The notes below the pieces were generated by a model. That model was not told where the DNA came from, did not search any database, and saw only the letters and a list, made by a program, of their open reading frames with translations. Of a stretch of 32,000 nucleotides of DNA, positions 16,478 to 25,806 are shown one piece after another (position 1 is the first letter of the stretch; each line of letters begins with the position of its first letter). The stretch lies in NCBI RefSeq assembly GCF_000012285.1, contig NC_007181.1, forward strand, positions 930,001 through 962,000, read 5' to 3'. Source of the DNA: Sulfolobus acidocaldarius DSM 639 (GTDB taxonomy: Archaea > Thermoproteota > Thermoprotei_A > Sulfolobales > Sulfolobaceae). Both the position numbers and the translations under genes were made by a program.

Positions 16478-18154
16478 ATGAAAGCGTCTAAGTCTTTGCT
16501 CGAACTTCTAGATAAGTATAATGTTAAACACGTATTTGGTCTTGTAGGAGAGACCTCATTCCCTCTATATGATGCATTTAATGATTATCCAAATATCACC
16601 CATGTGTTTGCCCGAGATGAGAGAAATGCAGTAATAATGGCTGATGCATATGCTAGATTCTCCTATAAACCTGGAATTGTTGAGGTTCCAAATGTAGGGG
16701 CACCATATACACTTCCGGGATTGGCTGAGGCTAACATTTCAGGAATCCCGATCATCATGTTCGTTAGTGATATTCCAACCTATGTCGAAAAAAGAAACAT
16801 GTTAACTGAACACGATAATTCTTACCTCAACAAGCTATCAAAGGAATTTCTTTCTGTAAACGATCCCTCCCAATTACCTAGAGTCGTAAGAAGGGCATTT
16901 AGAGTTGCCACGACAGGAAGGACAGGACCCGTGGTAGTTAAAATACCTATGAATATATATGATGGGGAAGTGAGTGATGAGGAGGTATATTCCCAACCTG
17001 AATTTTCGGTCTATCCCTCCCTCAGATTTATGCCTGACCCAGAAAGGATCACTGAGGCATTAAAAATACTCTACTCTGCTAAAAATCCTGTAATAGTATG
17101 CGGTCAGGGAGTCCTATTATCAAATGCAAGTGAAGAAGTAGTCAAATTAGCAGAGGCTTTGTCAATACCAGTAGCCACAACCATAACCGGAAAAGGCTCT
17201 TTTCCTGAAACACACCCCCTCTCTATAGGCGTAATAGGAGCCAGAGGAGGCACAAGATTTTCTAATAAAATTCTAGCTGAAGCTGATGTAGTATTCCTGA
17301 TAGGAACAAATACTGACTCGGCTAACACATGGGACTGGAGGTTACCTAGTAGTAAATCAACAATTATACAATTGGATGTTAGCGAGAGAGAACTGGGTAA
17401 TAATTACAAGGTTATCCCACTTTTAGGCGATGCAAAGCTCACGCTGAAGGAAATGATTAGAATGATAAGAGAAGTTAAGAGAAATCAGTCCATTAGTGAG
17501 ATTGAAAGGGAGAAAAGAGGTTTTGAGCAGTTTGTGGAGTCCCTTGCTAATGAAAAAACAGAGCTTACAAACCCTGTAAGATTCATGAAGATACTGTCGG
17601 AGTTTGTTGATGAAAAAACATTTCTGGTAGTGGATCCAGGGACAGGAGCGATCTTTAGTTCAGCATACCTTAAGTTAAAGTTGGCTGGAAGGAGAATAAT
17701 GTATAATTACTCCATGGGCGGGTTAGGTTATGCATTGCCTGCTTTAATAGGTGCTTACTTTGCGACGGGTGGTAGGATACTCTCAATTACCACTGATGGG
17801 AACCTATTCTTCAATCTTGGAGAGCTTGAAACTGTTAAAAGGCTTAACGTTAATGCTAAGATTTTCGTATTCAATAATAAGTCATTTGGATGGATAAGAG
17901 CTGCTATGTTAAGTAAATATGGAAGAGTACTTTCTGGGACTGAAATCAGTGAAATTGACTACTCAAAACTGGCGTCTTCATTTGGAATAGACTACCTCCG
18001 TATAGAGAAGAGTGAAGAAATAGAGAGCGTGACCAAAGAAGCATTGGTTGATGATTCTCCTAAGTTTATCGAGGTTCTAGTAAAAAGTGAAGATAAGGTA
18101 ATTCCTCCAGTACCTGATTGGAGGGAAATTAAGGATGGTAAATTTATGGGTTAA
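16478..18154 (+). CDS. Thiamine-pyrophosphate enzyme, acetolactate-synthase-large-subunit-like
   Basis: N-terminal Pyr domain (VFGLVGETSFPLYDA...ERNAVIMADAYAR). The C-terminal TPP-binding motif is TDG-X24-NN (ITTDGNLFFNLGELETV...IFVFNNKSFGWI), with Thr at the first Gly of the canonical GDG. Confidence 0.85.
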   Translation: MKASKSLLELLDKYNVKHVFGLVGETSFPLYDAFNDYPNITHVFARDERNAVIMADAYARFSYKPGIVEVPNVGAPYTLPGLAEANISGIPIIMFVSDIPTYVEKRNMLTEHDNSYLNKLSKEFLSVNDPSQLPRVVRRAFRVATTGRTGPVVVKIPMNIYDGEVSDEEVYSQPEFSVYPSLRFMPDPERITEALKILYSAKNPVIVCGQGVLLSNASEEVVKLAEALSIPVATTITGKGSFPETHPLSIGVIGARGGTRFSNKILAEADVVFLIGTNTDSANTWDWRLPSSKSTIIQLDVSERELGNNYKVIPLLGDAKLTLKEMIRMIREVKRNQSISEIEREKRGFEQFVESLANEKTELTNPVRFMKILSEFVDEKTFLVVDPGTGAIFSSAYLKLKLAGRRIMYNYSMGGLGYALPALIGAYFATGGRILSITTDGNLFFNLGELETVKRLNVNAKIFVFNNKSFGWIRAAMLSKYGRVLSGTEISEIDYSKLASSFGIDYLRIEKSEEIESVTKEALVDDSPKFIEVLVKSEDKVIPPVPDWREIKDGKFMG

Positions 18155-18403
18155 ATAGTTTTTAAATCTACACATTAAGTATTTGTAAAAATTTAATCAT
18201 GAGTTAGTAACGGTTTTACTCCTTTTTGATAGAATATTGTGGTTAATTATCACATCCAAAATCCCAGGTCTAAGAGTGAAATCTTATCTTAATATATGCA
18301 AGACTTCATAATCAGGGACTCCTTCTATACTATTAATCAATTATAGCTAATGTTAAATGAAATGAACACATTCTTATATAATTCCTTTTCCTAAGAATAA
18401 TTT

Positions 18404-18805
18404 ATGTTATCAAGGTCAATTAACATAGCTTTCGTCCTTTTATCCATAATAGGCATAATTTTATCCTCTTATTTAACTTACGAGACCTTGACTGCAACTT
18501 TCAATACAGGCTATTGTAACATAAATAGCTATGTAAACTGTGGGACTGTAGCCTCAAGTCCTTATTCTAGGTTCTTCGGAATTCCCGTGGCAATACTAGG
18601 ACTGGCATGGTTCGCATTAATGCTAGGATTGTGGATGATAAAGAAAGAGGTTACCATTTACCCTTGGATAATAGGAGTTATGTTTGTGGGATATTTAATT
18701 TACACTGAAGTGGAGTTAATTCATGCGATTTGCATATACTGTACTACCGCGCATATAATAGCTCTAGTGATGGGATATTTTGTACTAAAGGTGTCTAGAT
18801 TATAG
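18404..18805 (+). CDS. VKOR-family (vitamin K epoxide reductase-like) membrane thiol oxidoreductase
   Basis: A 133-aa protein with four predicted TM helices. It has a loop Cys pair (CNINSYVNC) and a CxxC in the last helix (CIYC), the defining VKOR arrangement. Confidence 0.7.
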   Translation: MLSRSINIAFVLLSIIGIILSSYLTYETLTATFNTGYCNINSYVNCGTVASSPYSRFFGIPVAILGLAWFALMLGLWMIKKEVTIYPWIIGVMFVGYLIYTEVELIHAICIYCTTAHIIALVMGYFVLKVSRL

Positions 18806-18859
18806 AAAGATAAATTTTTACATCTCAACCAAAATGTTTTTCACATCTGCTAACTGCAG

Positions 18860-20257
18860 TTACACATACCCATTTACAGTTAACTTTTCTACTACCTTAC
18901 CCCATATACCAGACTTTACATAAACCAGTATTACGTATGCGATAATATTCGTGAAGGAGAGTATTTCACTTCCCAGGTAGAGACTTAAAGAACCAATAAT
19001 AGCTTCCGCTGTACCTAAAACAGGGAGTATTAACATTATCATCATCCTAGAAATTGTGAGAAAGGCTTCCTGATTTGCATAGTCAACACCAATATCCTTA
19101 GTTTGAGGTACACCAGAGTAGGTGAATAAAAGCCATGATAGTGGGCATATTAGGAACGGATATGAGAGAGTTACAAAAAACAATGACATATCATGCAACA
19201 GGGCTAAAGATACTAGGAAAGGTGATAGTGATATGAAGGACATAATTACCCTAATCAGCATCCTATATCTTATATAGCTAACGAAGTCCAAATTCACAAA
19301 ATTTATCCATAGTCTTTCAGACTCTATGGAAAATCCCACATATACAGAATAATTAATGTATCCCAAGATGGATAGTATCAGCAACCACACAAAGTTGTGA
19401 CCAAAAAACCACGCTAATAAACCCAGTAGGAGAGAAGGAGGTATAATCACATACAATACGTTCCTAAATCCTGCCCTTGCTCCGATAATCGAGTGAACAG
19501 AAGTGTAAAACATTAGTTTTACGATATTTTTTGGTAATTCCTTATTGACTTTTACCTCGTCGTTTGACAATTCATACCTGTCACCTCCATAAGCATTTTG
19601 GTAAATTTCATTTGATGCATGAATGCAGAATAGAGTACTTATGGCAAGTGAGAGGGCTAAGACTATTGAGCCTAATACGCTCCCCTGAATAATCCAAATG
19701 ATTGGGTTAAGAGGAGGAAATAATAACGCTGAAACTATAATGTATGCTGATATTACTAAAACTATCACCAGTCTTTTAAGTGTTGTAATGGACTTTAAGG
19801 ACACAATAAGTATTGATAATGAAGTAGTAAACATTACTAAATCAAGAATATTTATAGCATTAAGAAATTTGGAGTATGTGATAACGAATGAGATTAAAAG
19901 GATTACCATGTAAATAGAATCTGCAATTCCAGCCATAAGTAGAAGATACTGTGGTCTCTCCTGAGTAGTTAATAGAAAATCTATATTACTTTTAATTTCC
20001 ATTTGAAATAAACCCCTTATGATAGAGAACGTTAACACTAGAAAAGATATCATGATGACAGTAATCTGTCCGTAATCAACAGGAAACACTTTAAAAGAGT
20101 TGTAAGGATTGTCAGTAATTACTCGAGATATCAAAGCTATCAAATTTACAAGAATTAGGAATATGAATACACTTATGTTATATCTCTCCTTTAGACTATA
20201 ATAGAACATTTTCAAAACTCTGGCTCTCATTAACTTCATCTTGTAATTAGAAACCAT
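18860..20257 (-). CDS. Hypothetical polytopic membrane protein (about 12 TM, two similar halves; ABC-2-permease-like organisation)
   Basis: Hydrophobic helices throughout. Each half begins with a basic amphipathic segment (MKLMRARVLKMFYYSLKERY; NIVKLMFYTSVHSIIGARAGFRN). There are no catalytic motifs, and no ATPase gene is adjacent. Confidence 0.55.
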   Translation of the reverse strand: MVSNYKMKLMRARVLKMFYYSLKERYNISVFIFLILVNLIALISRVITDNPYNSFKVFPVDYGQITVIMISFLVLTFSIIRGLFQMEIKSNIDFLLTTQERPQYLLLMAGIADSIYMVILLISFVITYSKFLNAINILDLVMFTTSLSILIVSLKSITTLKRLVIVLVISAYIIVSALLFPPLNPIIWIIQGSVLGSIVLALSLAISTLFCIHASNEIYQNAYGGDRYELSNDEVKVNKELPKNIVKLMFYTSVHSIIGARAGFRNVLYVIIPPSLLLGLLAWFFGHNFVWLLILSILGYINYSVYVGFSIESERLWINFVNLDFVSYIRYRMLIRVIMSFISLSPFLVSLALLHDMSLFFVTLSYPFLICPLSWLLFTYSGVPQTKDIGVDYANQEAFLTISRMMIMLILPVLGTAEAIIGSLSLYLGSEILSFTNIIAYVILVYVKSGIWGKVVEKLTVNGYV

Positions 20258-20398
20258 TGACTTTTAGTTTTTTATTCTTACATTACTAAATGCTAATAAA
20301 ATTCTCTACAAACAATAATAAAAGAGAAAGACCGATTGTAGGAAAAATAAGCTTAAACATAAACTCTCATCAAAGCCCTCAGAATTTTACTCCTTAGC

Positions 20399-21964
20399 TT
20401 ATCTTCTCCTCAACAACAATATAACGAGTACTGCAACAATGATTACCACGACAACCACAGTAGCTATAATGCCTAAAGATAATCCTGAACTAGAGGAAGC
20501 AGGAGTTGATGAAGGCACTGTAGATGATAATGATTGAGTAGTAGTTGTGGAACTTTGTGAACTCGTTGAAGTAGATGTAGAGGATGAAACACTCGATGAA
20601 GAGGTGCTGGATGTGGAAGAGGTTGTAGTGGATGTTGTGGAAGTAGTCTGGCTAGTGGTCTGAGTAGTAGTTGAACTTGTTGTTGATGTCGTAGTAGTAG
20701 AAGATGTACTGGTAGTAGTAGATGTAGAGGTTGTAGTGGATGTTGTGCTTGTCGTCGTTGTGCTTGAAGAATATGAAAACGTTGGCGTTAACACATTAAT
20801 GAGCGAGATATATGCATTGTTAGCTTCAGTCAGCTGAATCTGATATAGGTATCCATTAGAGTAAAAAGCCTGTAATGGGTATGCGTATGAGGAGGTTGAA
20901 TTATATATGATATTTCCGTTAGTGTAGTTAACTAATATGTAGTTATAACTATATTTATTTTCTATCACATTATTAATTACGGCATAACCACGTCCAAAGG
21001 TAACTTGACTAGGTAAAGCTAGACCAGGGATAGGGAAGATATTATAGTCGAGGTTTTCTAAATTTAATTTAATCAAATTAGTCCCTATTACAAAGAATGC
21101 TGTATTATTTTCCACTAAATTTCCTGATGGGATTGCCCCTCCACTAGGAATTTCTTTCAATATTTTACCATTAGTAACGTTGATTACCATTGTTGATGTT
21201 GAATTCGATACTATTAGGTAATAGTCCTTTATTAACTCAACACCAGATAAACTGCTTAAACTTATGTTCCATTTACCCAAGAGAGTTATCTCTGATTTGA
21301 AATGCAAAGCTGAAGGGGTTACGGGACCTAGAAACGAAGAAATCAGTTGGGATGGTGGCGCTAAATAAATTATTAGTATATTACCATAACTAGAATTAAA
21401 GAAACTATATATAGTCTGGTTGTAAAATCTATATATTACTTGGTTTGGAATATACAATACACTTTGATTACCGAGTAAAGTTAGATAAATTAAACCATGC
21501 TGAGTAGGATATGCCACGGTATAGTTCCTGAAGAACTGGGAGCTGACTACTTTAAGCTTTGATATTATAGAGACGTTACTATAATATAGATTCTTAAAAG
21601 TACCAGAGAATAAGCTACTTAAGGATGACCCATTTATATATACTGAATCGACCACTGAGTAGGAACCATTGTAGGGTATAACAGTTGATTCTACACTGAA
21701 ATTTATTGGAGGACTCACTGTTAGTATTTTAACTAAATTAGATGAGTTAACATAATACACATTCGAAGAATATGATATTCCCTGAGATACTATAGATTGC
21801 TGGTTAACTGCTAAGAGTATCCCGCCATTATAACCTTGGACATCAGTTACAAAACCTGTAACTGAATATGTAGCCTGCGTTTGTAATTCAACTGAGGCAA
21901 TGGCTACTCCAGACAGTAATGTTGCCATAATAATTATGAGGGCTATATTAGTGGTTTTCCCCAT
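20399..21964 (-). CDS. Secreted, heavily N-glycosylatable surface protein with a Ser/Thr stalk and a C-terminal TM anchor
   Basis: N-terminal signal/anchor (IALIIIMATLLSGVAIA). A beta-rich body of about 380 aa is full of N-x-S/T sequons. It is followed by a Ser/Thr tract of about 98 aa, a hydrophobic helix and an LLLRRR terminus. Confidence 0.7.
   Translation of the reverse strand: MGKTTNIALIIIMATLLSGVAIASVELQTQATYSVTGFVTDVQGYNGGILLAVNQQSIVSQGISYSSNVYYVNSSNLVKILTVSPPINFSVESTVIPYNGSYSVVDSVYINGSSLSSLFSGTFKNLYYSNVSIISKLKVVSSQFFRNYTVAYPTQHGLIYLTLLGNQSVLYIPNQVIYRFYNQTIYSFFNSSYGNILIIYLAPPSQLISSFLGPVTPSALHFKSEITLLGKWNISLSSLSGVELIKDYYLIVSNSTSTMVINVTNGKILKEIPSGGAIPSGNLVENNTAFFVIGTNLIKLNLENLDYNIFPIPGLALPSQVTFGRGYAVINNVIENKYSYNYILVNYTNGNIIYNSTSSYAYPLQAFYSNGYLYQIQLTEANNAYISLINVLTPTFSYSSSTTTTSTTSTTTSTSTTTSTSSTTTTSTTSSTTTQTTSQTTSTTSTTTSSTSSTSSSSVSSSTSTSTSSQSSTTTTQSLSSTVPSSTPASSSSGLSLGIIATVVVVVIIVAVLVILLLRRR
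20483..20776 (-). repeat. Low-complexity Ser/Thr-coding tract (protein stalk)
   Basis: Minus-strand codons give SYSSSTTTTSTTSTTTSTSTTTSTSSTTTTSTT...SSTPASSSS. On the plus strand this appears as degenerate GTAGTAGTAG/GTTGTGG-type repeats. It is coding low complexity, not a spacer-repeat array. Confidence 0.9.
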
Positions 21965-22096
21965 GATTAAATAGGATTTAAGATAAAATATAAAAATTTA
22001 ACTAACTAAATGATAAGTTCTCAAACAACATGATGTTAACCTTTTTAATATCCTTGCCACTTTACTTATGCTCATAACTTCCAGAAATTTAAACAT

Positions 22097-22870
22097 TTAA
22101 AATAATGTCTTGTATCTACGTTGACGCTCATAAATCCAGTCCTCTCTCTCAGAATGACAATGGACTCCATATCTTTCACATAAGTCCTTTATTTCATTCT
22201 CTTTTTCCTCCCACCATGACTGATTGCAATCGAAGTTAGGCAAACCCCTATAATTATTGTATTTATCATATACTATGAATGATGAAGTCTCGCTGGCTAA
22301 CTTCACTATTTCCTCAAAGCCACTGTCATTAACCCCTTTTATAATAGGTCCTAGAAAAATCCAGGTTCTAACGCTTCTAGATAACTTCTTAATTGATTCT
22401 GCTCTTGCCTTAGGGGGAGGTGCTAGAGGCTCAATATATCTACTCACAACCTTATCCAGTGTTGTAATGGTTAAACCTACATCCACCTTATCACTATACC
22501 TTGACAACAAGTCCAGATCCCTGACAACCATAGGTGACTTAGTCTGAATAGAGACCCTAAAGCCATGGGATAGGAGAACCTCTAAGCTTTTCCTGGTAAG
22601 TTTATACAGCCCCTCTACTGGTTGATAAGGGTCTACTATTGTGGATACTCCTACTACTCCTCTCCTATACTTATAGACCTCCCTCTTAAGAACATCCACA
22701 ATATTCCTCTTAATCGTTATAACCTCTCCCCATTTATCACTCACATACCTTTGGGCATAACAATAGATACAGGAAAATCTGCAGTTGTTATACGGGTTTA
22801 AGGAATAATCAATTTCCTTTAAACCAGACTTACTCAGTGCACTTTTAACCTCAACTTCCCTAATTATCAT
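22097..22870 (-). CDS. Radical SAM protein, SplB/'DNA repair photolyase'-like
   Basis: CX3CX2C cluster motif NNCRFSCIYCYA at the N-terminus of a 257-aa TIM-barrel-sized protein. Its start ATG (22870-22868) shares one base with the upstream TAA. Confidence 0.8.
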   Translation of the reverse strand: MIIREVEVKSALSKSGLKEIDYSLNPYNNCRFSCIYCYAQRYVSDKWGEVITIKRNIVDVLKREVYKYRRGVVGVSTIVDPYQPVEGLYKLTRKSLEVLLSHGFRVSIQTKSPMVVRDLDLLSRYSDKVDVGLTITTLDKVVSRYIEPLAPPPKARAESIKKLSRSVRTWIFLGPIIKGVNDSGFEEIVKLASETSSFIVYDKYNNYRGLPNFDCNQSWWEEKENEIKDLCERYGVHCHSEREDWIYERQRRYKTLF

Positions 22871-24063
22871 TAAAATAACCTCGACCTAAAGAGCTTTACC
22901 ACATATGATATCTTTAACCACTCTTGAAGATTCACTTTCAACTCTCCCTTAACTCTTCTTAATGCCTGGTCAAGCGTATCAAATACTTCTGGTTTCTGCT
23001 TAAACATTTCCCTAATGTTTTCCCTCACAAACCAAACTCCTACAGGTAAATTAAATCCGGGGTAAATTTCTCTCCATAGTATCACCATAGCTTGTCTCTT
23101 CCTTAGACGAAGACTTTCAGCAACCCCCAACCTAGAAGCATAATAACAGCCACCAATTTTAGGATATGTCCTCCTTCCCCTATACCCCTCATAATCTAAC
23201 TCCAATGCTACTTCCCCATGACCAAACTGGTTCCACGTGCTTCCTGGAAACCATGCTTCGCCCCACTCAAAAGCCCAATTCCCTGGTATTAGAATTCCTA
23301 TAAAGAGATTCTTCATATGCCTCCTTACATAAACTTCGATCTTGTCAATGCTCTCAAAATGCTTTAATTCCTCTATTAAGCTGTCAGAGACCAGTTTGTC
23401 AACGGCTGTTATACTCCGCCTCGTTGGAACCAATTTCCTCTTAACCCCTAGAACTCCTACACTTAAAAGACGTGATATTACGTTAACCTCGACCTTATTA
23501 CTGTAAAGAGTTATTACAGCATCTTTAGACTTAAGATCCTTATCTTCATAAACTCTTTCCACTATTCTTTGAGGTGCTGAAAGCGTACCTAATTTGAACT
23601 CCCTTATTGGTGCTGAAGGACCTATAGGTGGTAACGTTTCGTCTAAGACAACCTTTCTAGGTTCCTTAGCAAATTCCATTTCTATCTCAGATGGTCCTGA
23701 TGAGATTGAGAGAGTCTGGACATCATGTAAAAATCTTTGGGGATTATTAGCATCAGTAACCCTGAAGGACTCCCCTCCTCTCACTAGACTTAGCCTTAAA
23801 GATAAAAAGGTGTTAAGATCCATGTTAAGCCAAGTTTTAGGATCCTCGTATATTGATGTATCATCTACCACTGGAGGGGCTGATGGATAAACACTCACTT
23901 TTGGGTATCCATATCTTCCCACAAATATTGAGGGGGGAGATGAACCAACCATATCTTTAGGTACCACTATCTTCTTAGTTATACTCTTAACTACGATGGG
24001 GCAATAAGCCAGTCCGCATAAGTACTTTGAGCTTCTGCATATTACACAGAGTCTAGGATCCAT
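22870..24063 (-). CDS. Nre-family-like protein (archaeal DUF650/DUF651 type, N-terminal Cys4 zinc finger)
   Basis: N-terminus MDPRLCVICRSSKYLCGLAYCPI (CxxC...C...C) followed by GSSPPSIFVGRYGYPKVSV, as I recall for archaeal Nre proteins. Size is 397 aa. The C-terminus carries a partial PIP-like motif, QEWLKISY. Confidence 0.55.
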   Translation of the reverse strand: MDPRLCVICRSSKYLCGLAYCPIVVKSITKKIVVPKDMVGSSPPSIFVGRYGYPKVSVYPSAPPVVDDTSIYEDPKTWLNMDLNTFLSLRLSLVRGGESFRVTDANNPQRFLHDVQTLSISSGPSEIEMEFAKEPRKVVLDETLPPIGPSAPIREFKLGTLSAPQRIVERVYEDKDLKSKDAVITLYSNKVEVNVISRLLSVGVLGVKRKLVPTRRSITAVDKLVSDSLIEELKHFESIDKIEVYVRRHMKNLFIGILIPGNWAFEWGEAWFPGSTWNQFGHGEVALELDYEGYRGRRTYPKIGGCYYASRLGVAESLRLRKRQAMVILWREIYPGFNLPVGVWFVRENIREMFKQKPEVFDTLDQALRRVKGELKVNLQEWLKISYVVKLFRSRLF

Positions 24064-24541
24064 TAAAGATAAAATTCTCGGAATACCTTTTACATGTTAT
24101 CTAATGAAAAGCGGTATTACAATAGTATACACGTAAATCATGCTGTGAGAGATACTGTAGTATTTATAGAGATAACATGGTTCATAATACATACGCATAG
24201 TCAGGTTGAGACAATACATTTACCTAATCTCGTTAGATTTGATTTATGTTACACGCTTTAGTCTGGTTTTAGTTTAGGATCGCTGTCCAAATAACCATTA
24301 TATAAAACTTTTTTAGCGGAATAGTTCTATCTGAAAAATGGTTTTATCTAAAATTTTTAGAATTTAGAGTACCTATATTTATATTTCATGTTAGAGTTAT
24401 CGCTGGTAGTAAACCTATGGAAAAACGAAAATCGGATCATCTATTAAATCAAAATAAGTATCTGAAACACGAATAAAAAGGTTTTGATTAAGTATTTATC
24501 CTTCCTAACGCTCGTTACTTTCACTTCTAAATTCGACACTT

Positions 24542-25000
24542 CTAAAAAAGCAAATTAACAACAGCATAGTCAATATGGTAGGTTATCTGTCTTTCCAATA
24601 TCTCTGCTGGCTTATTTCCGACTGCCCCTACAGGTACGATCCAAGTTCTCAACTCGATATTTCCAGTCTCCTCAAGCTTATCATCACTCAACTTAGCTAA
24701 TTCCTTTCCTTTTCCTGCCTTCAATGTCTCCAGGATAAAGTTATCAAAATCAATATCGATTTTACCATAGTAAGGCGTTCCTGGAAAATGGGACAAGCCT
24801 CCTGTACCAATTATAGCAACCTTCTCGTTCTCTGGTCTTTTCTTAGCTACAATTCTGGCAATAGCCCTACCTAATTCAAAGCATCTTCTTACGGGCATTT
24901 TAGGTTCCACGTTGGCATTTAAGTGGATAGGTACGATTGGAATTGAGTAATCCCTGAATATGTCTAGTAAGGGTATGAAGAATGCGTGTGAAAGTAGAAC
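24542..25000 (-). pseudogene. 5'-truncated remnant of a class III (LigB-type) extradiol dioxygenase
   Basis: The translation ...LLSHAFFIPLLDIFRDYSIPIVPIHLNANVEPKMPVRRCFELGRAI...VAIIGTGGLSHFPG...ELRTWIV matches only the C-terminal half of LigB-family subunits. The frame has no ATG upstream of the recognisable region and runs into the opposing gene fragment. It stays open to 25069 by chance. Confidence 0.6.
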
Positions 25001-25009
25001 TTCACCAGG

Positions 25010-25806
25010 AGAGGAAGCAAAGGTCAGAATCGGAAAGGGTAAGGTGGAAGTAATTACTGGTTCAGGGCATCATGGTCAGGCTTACCTATCCTCCTTCTCC
25101 AAACTCGTAATTGAGGAGCTCGGCGTCTCAGAAAATGTTATTTAGGTTTACACAGGTACCACTGATGGTTTGAAAGAAGGAGTAGGTAGCTACGGGAGTA
25201 GAGCATTGTCGGTAGGAGGATCTGCCATAATTGAAGCCTGTAGAAATTTGAAGAAAAAGCTAAACGGAACAGGGGATAGACTTGGATAAAGCCCTCCATG
25301 GAGAACAAATCTATGAGTCAGAGGTATACGTTAAGGCTGGAGATGTGTTCGCACCAGGATTTCACATATCCGTAGTGGACATTGATTTGGAAACCTTAAC
25401 ACCAAGAGTAAGAGAATACGTTGCAGTGGATGATGTAGGAAGAGTTGTCGTAAAAGAAGAAGTTGAAGGGCAAGTTATAGGTGGAGTAATGCAGGGTATA
25501 GCGCAAGTGCTCTGTGAGTGGGCAACTTATGATGAGGAGGGAAATCCAACATTCTCTTCTATAGCTGATGCTGGCATGCCTTCTCCAGAGGAGTTTACTT
25601 GGAGAGTTATTGTTGACGAGGTCGAGTTTAAGTCTGGACTACTTAGTGGTACAAGAGGCGTAGGAGAGGCTGGTAGTATTGGAGGACTAGTTGCAACCTT
25701 TATTGGTCTTGAAAAAGCTATAAAGGATAAATTTGGTAGGAAGGTAAAGTTACAAAGAACACCAGTTACACCAACATATTTAATGGAACTTTTAGGGAAA
25801 AGTTAA
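25010..25806 (+). pseudogene. 5'-truncated, disrupted remnant of a molybdopterin-binding large subunit (CoxL/xanthine dehydrogenase/aldehyde oxidoreductase family)
   Basis: AKVRIGKGKVEVITGSGHHGQAYLSSFSKLVIEELGVSENVI is followed by TAG (25143-25145). The same frame then continues VYTGTTDGLKEGVGSYGSRALSVGGSAIIEACRNL to TAA 25287-25289. A +1 shift leads into ...FAPGFHISVVDIDLETL...AVDDVGRVV...GQVIGGVMQGIAQVL...GTRGVGEAGSIG...TPVTP. Only about the last third of such an enzyme is present. Confidence 0.65.

Noticed and set aside
12631-17328. Antisense ORFs 12631-13065, 13930-14454, 15254-15451, 15494-15871 and 17104-17328
   Set aside because: Each lies entirely inside a strongly supported plus-strand gene (dehydrogenase/hydratase, MFS, TPP enzyme). 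The longest (174 aa) mirrors the relatively GC-rich crotonase domain and is Ala/Ser/Leu-rich, a known antisense artefact.
20483-20776. Degenerate short repeats (GTAGTAGTAG, GTTGTGGA...) that superficially resemble a repeat array
   Set aside because: They translate on the minus strand into a continuous Ser/Thr stalk within an intact ORF. There are no unique spacers and no regular period, so this is not a CRISPR array or satellite.
19698-23890. Plus-strand ORFs 19698-19913, 22257-22547 and 23594-23890
   Set aside because: They are antisense to the membrane protein, radical-SAM and Nre-like genes respectively, with no motifs or independent promoter signals.
24960-25145. 61-aa ORF as an independent gene
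   Set aside because: Its C-terminal two-thirds are a recognisable internal piece of a CoxL/XDH-type large subunit that continues in frame after the TAG. It is treated as part of the pseudogene, not as a gene.
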